IMG/VR virus record: IMGVR_UViG_2908273394_000001
Location: 1-64,000 of that record
Source of the DNA: a virus
Taxonomy: Duplodnaviria > Caudoviricetes
Strand: one strand, 5' to 3'
Length of the DNA: 64,000 nt
Part shown: in pieces, positions 57,653-64,000 of the stretch
Numbering within the stretch: position 1 is the stretch's first letter
Layout of the letters: every line of letters begins with the position of its first letter
The notes under the pieces: generated by a model
The model's input: the letters and a program-made list of their open reading frames with translations, nothing else
What the model was told of the DNA's origin: nothing
Database searches by the model: none
Program-made: the position numbers and the translations under genes

Positions 57653-60600
57653 ATGGCAGAAGCCAGCGTCGTCGGCTCCACCCGGGTCACACTCATCCCG
57701 GACGTGAGCCAGTTCGGCGACCGGCTCCGCGTCGAGCTGCCCTCCGCGATCCGCGAACCCGCACGCGCCGCCGGTGACCTCGCCGGCGACACCATCCGTA
57801 ACGCGATCTCCAAGAAGCTCGCCAAGCCGATCGGTGTGCGGATCAAGACGGTCCTCGACGACAGGGCCACCAGCGCCGCCCTGCAGAAACTGACCAAGGA
57901 CCGCACGGTCAAAATCACGGCCGAGCTCGACGACAAGGCCGCCACCGCCGGCCTGACCCGGCTCACCCGCGACCGCACGGTGAAAATCGTCGCCGACGTC
58001 GACGACACCGCCGCCAAGACGAAACTCGGCGCCCTGTCCGGTCAGCAGACCGTCCACATCCTCCCCAAGATCCAGCAGGCGGCGTACCTCACCGCGCAGC
58101 GGCAGCTCGACCGCCTCACCGCGGACCGCGTCGTCAGCATCCGCGCGACGGTCGACACCCGCGTCGCCGCCCAAGACATCCGCAACCTGATTCAGCGGCG
58201 CCACGTCCGAATCGGGGCCGACGTCGACACCCGCGTCGCCGCGAACGACCTCGCCAACCTCACACGGCGCCGCCAGGTCACGATCGCGGCCCGTGCCGAC
58301 ACGGCCGCCGCCGACACCGCCCTGCGGTTCCTCACCCGCGACCGCACCGTCAACGTCCGCGTCCGCAGCATCGGTCTCGCCGCCCTCACCGGCGGCCTGT
58401 CCACCCTCGGCAGCAGCGGCGGCGGGGGAGTGGGCCTCAGCCTGCTGTCCAAGCGGGTCCTCGCCCTCACCGCTGCCACGCTCGCCGCCCTGCCCACCAT
58501 CGCCTCCCTGGGCTCCGCCATCGCGCAACTCGGCCCGCTCGCCGCCACCGCCGCGCCCGCGATCACGACACTGGTCACCGCGTTCGCCGCCATCAAGGTC
58601 GGCACCAAGGGCGTCGGCGACGCCATCAAGGCCGCGTTCGAGCCCGCAGCGGGTGAAGCATCGAAGGCCGCGTCCGCGACCCGCGCGGTGGAGAACGCCC
58701 AACGCTCCCTCGCCCGCGCCCAGCGCTCCCTGCAGGACGCCCAGGTCCAGGCCGCTGAACGGGTCCGGCAGGCGCAGCGGCAGGTCGCCGACGCCGAACG
58801 GGACCTGAGCTCCGCGCAGCGCGACGCCCGCCAGGCCCAGATGGACCTCAGCGCCGCCCGCCGCGAGGCCGCACGCGACCTGCAGGACATGAACAACCGC
58901 CTCGCCGACGGACGCCTCTCCGAGCGGGAAGCGACCCTGTCGCTGCAGCAGGCCGAGGAAGACCTCACCCGGGTCCGCACCGACCCGGCCGCCACCCAGC
59001 TGCAGATCCAGCAGGCGGAACTGTCCCGCGACCGGGCCGTGCAGTCCCTGCAGACGCAGCGCGTCGAGCTGAGCCGCCTACAGAAGGACACCGCCGCCGC
59101 GACCAAGGCCGGCATCGACGGCAGCGCGGCCGTAGGCCGGGCCAAGCAGCAGATGGCCGCCGCCGAGCAGAACGTCGCAGACCGCCAGCGCGCGCTCGCC
59201 GAAGCACAGCTCGAGGTCACCAAGGCCCAAGTCGACGGGCAACGCCAGATAGCCGACGCGCACATGGCCGTGGCCGACGCGGTGCGCAGCGTCGCAGACG
59301 CCCAGCAGGCCGCGGCCACGCAGACCAGCGCCCTGGACACGGCGATGGCGAAACTGTCCCCGAACGCGCGGGCTTTCGTCACCCAGCTCCAGGCCATGGC
59401 CCCCGCCTGGCGGAGCATGCGCCTCGACGTCCAGGACAGCCTGTTCGCCGACCTCGGGACCCGCCTGGGGCAGGTCGGGGCGCAGATCCTGCCCACCGTC
59501 CGTCAGGGCCTGGTCGGCGCCGCGGGCGAGCTGAACGCGATGGGTAAAAACGCCCTGACCGCCGTGTCGAACCTGCAGAAGACCGGACAGCTCAAGAGCG
59601 TCTTCGACGGCGCCACCCAGTCACTGCGCAACCTCTCCCGCCTGCCCGGCCAGATGGTGACCGGCCTGGCGCAGTTGTCCATCGCCGCGCAGCCCGCGTT
59701 CAACCGGATGACGACCGGTCTGGCCGGCGCCATGGACCGCGTCATGGAGAAGCTGTCCGCGGGCCTCGCGGACGGCAGCCTCACCGAGACCATCAACACG
59801 GCCCTCGACGTCGCCATCGCGTTCGGGAAAGTCCTCGGGGACCTCGGCGGCATCATCGCCGGCATCTTCCGCGCCGCCGGAGCGGCCGGAGGGGACTTCT
59901 TCGGCACGATCGGTGTCGCCATCGCCGAACTGCGCCGCATCATCGAGCTGCCGGAGGTGCAGGCCACCCTCACGGAGATCTTCAAGGCCCTCAACGCGGT
60001 CGCGAAACTGTTCGTCGGGGTCCTGGGCGCAGCGCTTCAGGCGATCCTGCCGCTGCTGGCCGCGCTGTCCCCGGTCATCGTGCAGCTCGCCGAACAGCTC
60101 GGCCCGGTCTTCGCGGAGCTGTTCAGGCAGCTTGGTACCGCGCTGGGCCCGATCATCACCGCGCTGCTGCCGATCATCACCACCGTCGGCAGTGTCCTGA
60201 CCGACCTCGTCACCACCCTGCTGCCGCTGCTGCAGCCCATCGGCGACCTGATCGCCGAGATCGTCACCGCGCTCGCCCCGGTGTTCACCGTCGTCGGGGA
60301 AATCCTCACCACCGTCCTCCAGGCGGCCGTGACCGGGCTGCGGCCGGTCATCCTGGCGCTGCTGCCGGCCGTGGGCCTGATCGGGCAGCTCCTCGCCGAC
60401 CTCGCGCCGCTGTTCCCGCCGCTGCTGCAGGCCCTGATGCCGCTGTTCCCGCCGCTCACGCAGCTGACCCTGTCGCTGCTGAACCTGGCCGTGCAGATCC
60501 TCATCCCGCTGATGCCGCTCATCGTCGGCCTGGCGACGCTCCTCACCGGCGTCCTGGCCAAGGCGATCGAACACCTGGTGCCCATCTTCACCACGGTCAT

Positions 60601-63418
60601 CGGCTGGTTCACCACGTTCGTCGACGCCTGCACCGCGGCGGTGAAGTGGGTCGTCGAGAAGTTCATGTGGCTGTGGGACGTGCTGCTGGGGCATTCGATC
60701 ATCCCCGACATCGTCAACGGAACCGTCGAATGGTTCCGCCGGCTGTGGCGCTGGCTCGGCGACCTCGTCGCCAGGATTGTGGGCGGTGTCGTCGGCTGGT
60801 TCACCAACCTGAAGAACGACACCGTCCGGATCTGGGACGCACTGTGGGGCAAGGTCCGCTCCATCGCCTCCACCACCTGGGGCCTGGTCAAGGCCGGGTT
60901 CGACAAGTTCGCCACCAGCCTCAAGACCGCGTTCGGGCTGCTCCGCGACGGCATCGGGACCGTGTGGAGCGGGCTGAAGAAGCTCGTCTCCAGCCCCGTG
61001 AAATTCTTCGTGGAGACGGTGTACAACAAGGGCCTGGTCCAGGTCTGGAACGCCACCGCAGGCAAGATCCCCGGCCTCCCCGACATGAAGCCGATGCCGC
61101 TACCGAAGGGCTTCGCCCGCGGCGGCATCCTGCCCGGCTGGTCCACCTGGCGCGACGGCGACGACCAGCTCGTCCCCATGCGCCGCGGCGAAGGCGTCTA
61201 CGTCTCCGAGGTGATGGCCGACCCCTACGAGCGCCAGCGCCTCTACGCGATGAACCAGGCCGCGATCCGCGGCCAGAACCCCGCCGTTGTCCGCGCCCAG
61301 TACGGGTTCGCCGAGGGCGGCATCATCGGCTCCCTGACCTCGATCGGGTCCGGGATCGCCGACAGTGTCGGCAGCGCCCTGAAGAAGGGTGCCGGCGCCG
61401 TACGCGGCGGGCTCGCCGACGTCGCCGAGCAGGCGTTCAAGCCCATCAAGTCCGGCATCAACAAGGCCCTCGGCAACAAGCGCGGCACCTGGCCCGGGAT
61501 GGTCGCGGCCGCACCCCTGCACCTGATCGACCGGGCCATCGACTACATCCGCGGCAAAGACGTCCCCGAGTCCACCGGCCGCTGGCTCAAGCCCGTCAAC
61601 GCCCCCTTCGGCACGAAGTTCGGAGTGAAGGGCCGCATGTGGTCCTCCGGCCGGCACACCGGCCTGGACTTCCCCGCCGCCACCGGCACGAAGATCCTCG
61701 CCGTCGACAACGGCACCGTGCAGCAAGCCACCTCAGGCGGACCCTACGGCCAGCACGTACTCCTCTCCCACGGCGGCGGCCTGCAGTCCCTGTACGCGCA
61801 CATGTCGTCCATCGCCGCCCGCGTCGGCGCAGGCGTCAAGCAGGGCGCCCGGATCGGCGCCGTCGGAGCCACCGGCAACGTCACCGGCCCCCACCTCCAC
61901 CTCGAAGCCCGCCTGAACGGCAAGAGCGTGGACCCGATGAGCTACCTCACCGGCCCCACCAGCGGCGGGGACGGCGGCAGCGGCGTGCAGCGCTGGCGCG
62001 GCGTCGTCCAGCAGGCCCTCGGCCAGGTCCACCAGTCCCTCGGCCTGGTCAACACCACCCTGCGCCGCATGAACCAGGAGTCCGGCGGCAACCCGCGCGC
62101 GGTCAACCTGTGGGACTCCAACGCCAAGGCCGGATACCCCTCGGTCGGCCTCATGCAGGTCATCCGCGACACCTTCCGCGCCCACGCCGGCCCGTACCGC
62201 AACACCGGCCCCTTCATGTACGGCGTCTCCGTCGACCCGCTCGCCAACATCTACGCCTCCATGAAGTACGCGCTCGCCCGATACGGCTCCCTGTCGCGGG
62301 CTTATGACCGGCCCGGCGGATACGCCCGAGGCGGCCTGATCGGCGGCACCCGCATCCACCGCGGCCGCGGGTACGCCACCGGCGGCGTCATCACGATCGG
62401 CGGCAAGAAGATCAGCACCGGTCCCATCGGCGCAGCGGTCGGCGCGGACTTCCTCAAGCAGCTCACCGGCACCGCCGCCCAGATCAAGGCGGCCATGGAC
62501 AAGGTCGCCACCGCGATCAAGAACAGCTTCAAGGGCGTCTACACGACCCTCGACGAGAAGCTGCTCACCAAACTGAAGACCGCGAACACGCAGCTGCAGA
62601 ACCTTGCGAAGTCGCGTGACCAGATCGCCGCGAAGATCGCCGCAGCGAACCAGCTCGCCGCGGACTCCACCGCACAGGCCGGCCAGTTCACGCAGATGAC
62701 GTCGCTGCCCACCGGCGGGAACACCTTCGACGCCGCAGGGATCCTGTCCGGTCTGAACGTCCGCCTCGGGCAGCTGAAGACGTTCGGGAAGAACCTGCAG
62801 ACCCTCGCCGCACGGGGCCTGTCCAAGGCGCTGCTGCAGCAGATCATCGCCGCAGGACCCGACCAGGGCGCCGCGTACGCCAAGGCCCTCGTCGACGCGA
62901 CCCCGGCGCAGCTGAAGCAGATCAACGCCACACAGGACGCCCTGGGCAAGGCCTCCGCCCAGTACGGGCAGGACGCAGCGGACGCCATGTACGACGCGGG
63001 CGCCCAGTCCGGCAAGGGCTACCTTGCCGGGCTGAAGGCCCAGGAGCAGTCCATCAACACGGCAATGTCGGCACTCGCGAAGAAGATCCAGAAGGCGATC
63101 AAGGACGCTCTGAAAATCAAGTCCCCCTCCCGGGTGTTCGCCGAGATCGGCCGCTTCACCGTCGCCGGCTTCGCCCAGGGCATCCGCCAGGCCACCCCGG
63201 AAGCCGCCGCGTCCACCGCCCAGATGGCGGCCCTGGTCCGCGGCACGGCGGCCGCCACCATGTCCCGCATCGAGAACAACGCCTCCTCGTCGACCACCGT
63301 CGGCGACCGGCACCTGCACTACAACGCCACCGTCCGCGAGCAGGCATCGCGCGCATCCATCCTCGCCGCCCTGTCCCTTGAGGACGCCCTGCACCGGCCC
63401 GTCGTCATGGGGGTCTGA
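57653..63418 (+). CDS. Tape measure protein with M23 peptidase and lytic transglycosylase domains
   Basis: 1921 aa helical repeats; HTGLDF...YAHMS...HLHLE; QESGGNPRAVNLWDSNA...GLMQ. Confidence 0.93.
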   Translation: MAEASVVGSTRVTLIPDVSQFGDRLRVELPSAIREPARAAGDLAGDTIRNAISKKLAKPIGVRIKTVLDDRATSAALQKLTKDRTVKITAELDDKAATAGLTRLTRDRTVKIVADVDDTAAKTKLGALSGQQTVHILPKIQQAAYLTAQRQLDRLTADRVVSIRATVDTRVAAQDIRNLIQRRHVRIGADVDTRVAANDLANLTRRRQVTIAARADTAAADTALRFLTRDRTVNVRVRSIGLAALTGGLSTLGSSGGGGVGLSLLSKRVLALTAATLAALPTIASLGSAIAQLGPLAATAAPAITTLVTAFAAIKVGTKGVGDAIKAAFEPAAGEASKAASATRAVENAQRSLARAQRSLQDAQVQAAERVRQAQRQVADAERDLSSAQRDARQAQMDLSAARREAARDLQDMNNRLADGRLSEREATLSLQQAEEDLTRVRTDPAATQLQIQQAELSRDRAVQSLQTQRVELSRLQKDTAAATKAGIDGSAAVGRAKQQMAAAEQNVADRQRALAEAQLEVTKAQVDGQRQIADAHMAVADAVRSVADAQQAAATQTSALDTAMAKLSPNARAFVTQLQAMAPAWRSMRLDVQDSLFADLGTRLGQVGAQILPTVRQGLVGAAGELNAMGKNALTAVSNLQKTGQLKSVFDGATQSLRNLSRLPGQMVTGLAQLSIAAQPAFNRMTTGLAGAMDRVMEKLSAGLADGSLTETINTALDVAIAFGKVLGDLGGIIAGIFRAAGAAGGDFFGTIGVAIAELRRIIELPEVQATLTEIFKALNAVAKLFVGVLGAALQAILPLLAALSPVIVQLAEQLGPVFAELFRQLGTALGPIITALLPIITTVGSVLTDLVTTLLPLLQPIGDLIAEIVTALAPVFTVVGEILTTVLQAAVTGLRPVILALLPAVGLIGQLLADLAPLFPPLLQALMPLFPPLTQLTLSLLNLAVQILIPLMPLIVGLATLLTGVLAKAIEHLVPIFTTVIGWFTTFVDACTAAVKWVVEKFMWLWDVLLGHSIIPDIVNGTVEWFRRLWRWLGDLVARIVGGVVGWFTNLKNDTVRIWDALWGKVRSIASTTWGLVKAGFDKFATSLKTAFGLLRDGIGTVWSGLKKLVSSPVKFFVETVYNKGLVQVWNATAGKIPGLPDMKPMPLPKGFARGGILPGWSTWRDGDDQLVPMRRGEGVYVSEVMADPYERQRLYAMNQAAIRGQNPAVVRAQYGFAEGGIIGSLTSIGSGIADSVGSALKKGAGAVRGGLADVAEQAFKPIKSGINKALGNKRGTWPGMVAAAPLHLIDRAIDYIRGKDVPESTGRWLKPVNAPFGTKFGVKGRMWSSGRHTGLDFPAATGTKILAVDNGTVQQATSGGPYGQHVLLSHGGGLQSLYAHMSSIAARVGAGVKQGARIGAVGATGNVTGPHLHLEARLNGKSVDPMSYLTGPTSGGDGGSGVQRWRGVVQQALGQVHQSLGLVNTTLRRMNQESGGNPRAVNLWDSNAKAGYPSVGLMQVIRDTFRAHAGPYRNTGPFMYGVSVDPLANIYASMKYALARYGSLSRAYDRPGGYARGGLIGGTRIHRGRGYATGGVITIGGKKISTGPIGAAVGADFLKQLTGTAAQIKAAMDKVATAIKNSFKGVYTTLDEKLLTKLKTANTQLQNLAKSRDQIAAKIAAANQLAADSTAQAGQFTQMTSLPTGGNTFDAAGILSGLNVRLGQLKTFGKNLQTLAARGLSKALLQQIIAAGPDQGAAYAKALVDATPAQLKQINATQDALGKASAQYGQDAADAMYDAGAQSGKGYLAGLKAQEQSINTAMSALAKKIQKAIKDALKIKSPSRVFAEIGRFTVAGFAQGIRQATPEAAASTAQMAALVRGTAAATMSRIENNASSSTTVGDRHLHYNATVREQASRASILAALSLEDALHRPVVMGV

Positions 63419-63420
63419 CC

Positions 63421-64000
63421 GTGCCCATCCTCGTACCCCCCACCCTCACCGACCCCGAGCAGCCGACCATCCCGCTGGTGCCGTGGCCCACCCGCATCAA
63501 CGAGATGCCCACCATCTCGTTCACCGACCCAGCGGGCGCGGTGACGAACTTTTCCGACTGGGACAAGGGCTGGGTTCTGCAGCCCGGCGCCAAGGGCTTG
63601 GACATGCCCGTCTTCCAGTTCTCCCAGGACGAGTCCCCGGGCATCGACGGCTACGCCATCCGCCAGGTCCGCGCCACCGGCAAGGAGATCGCCCTGCCGA
63701 TCGCGTTCTGGGCCGACGACTCCCGCGCCGCCTACCTCTCCCGCCGGCGGACCCTGATCCGCTCCCTCAACCCCAAGCGGGGGCTGGGCACGCTGACCGT
63801 CACCCAGTCAGACGGCACCGCCCGCACCATCAGCGCCTGCTACAGCGCCGGTCTCGAGGGCGACGAGTCGAGGGACGCCGCCGGGGCCCGCTGGTGCACG
63901 GGCGTCCTCACGTTCGCCTGCCCGAGCCCGTTCTGGCTGGGCGCCACCCTCACCACCGAGTGGCGCACCGAGGTCTCGAGCACGTTCTTTCCCCTGCTGC
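63421..64000 (+). CDS. Distal tail protein (runs off window)
   Basis: GTG after tape measure; GAKGLDMP...ESPGIDG...FACPSPFW. Confidence 0.75.
   Translation, partial: MPILVPPTLTDPEQPTIPLVPWPTRINEMPTISFTDPAGAVTNFSDWDKGWVLQPGAKGLDMPVFQFSQDESPGIDGYAIRQVRATGKEIALPIAFWADDSRAAYLSRRRTLIRSLNPKRGLGTLTVTQSDGTARTISACYSAGLEGDESRDAAGARWCTGVLTFACPSPFWLGATLTTEWRTEVSSTFFPLL

Larger units (their letters stand above)
1..64000. mobile_element. Temperate phage or phage-plasmid with a TraB-type transfer module; ends not in window
   Basis: Head/tail genes, initiator with iterons, TraB module, no host housekeeping operons. Confidence 0.82.

Noticed and set aside
57800-58370. Repeats at the start of the tape measure gene
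   Set aside because: Protein-level repeats (RDRTV.I.A.VD), not a CRISPR or DNA element.
58192-63394. Long antisense ORFs over virion genes, and similar shadow ORFs elsewhere
   Set aside because: Expected in high-GC DNA; they lack RBSs and recognisable motifs.
1-64000. CRISPR array, tRNA, rRNA, integrase or reverse transcriptase
   Set aside because: No regularly spaced repeat-spacer units, cloverleaf structures or relevant catalytic motifs were recognised by eye.

Overview
High-GC, Streptomyces-like DNA that reads as one large temperate phage or phage-plasmid. 1-14 kb: rightward early/accessory genes (Gp37Gp68, RusA, WhiB, ssb, a VUT/YhhQ transporter plus TGT-like gene pair). 14-31 kb: accessory island (Ku, two secreted proteins, lexA, a type III PKS with an adjacent MmyB-type regulator, a Zn-repeat nuclease, a RelE-like TA pair). 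31.7-33.1 kb: an initiator-like gene with internal iterons. 33.9-43.6 kb: a GntR-controlled TraB/FtsK transfer-spread module. 47-64 kb: siphovirus morphogenesis genes, with the packaging genes running opposite to capsid and tail. Non-coding signals read directly from the sequence: three copies of a palindromic operator-promoter, a duplicated structured RNA with C-rich loops, several TGTCRGTG-N8 damage-type promoters and a dense TGAGCC cluster. The best candidate for an undescribed system is the phage-borne type III PKS plus ligand-binding regulator. Many genes carry single-base frameshifts, mostly near G/C runs, probably assembly errors. All product calls are from motif recognition only; no searches were run.
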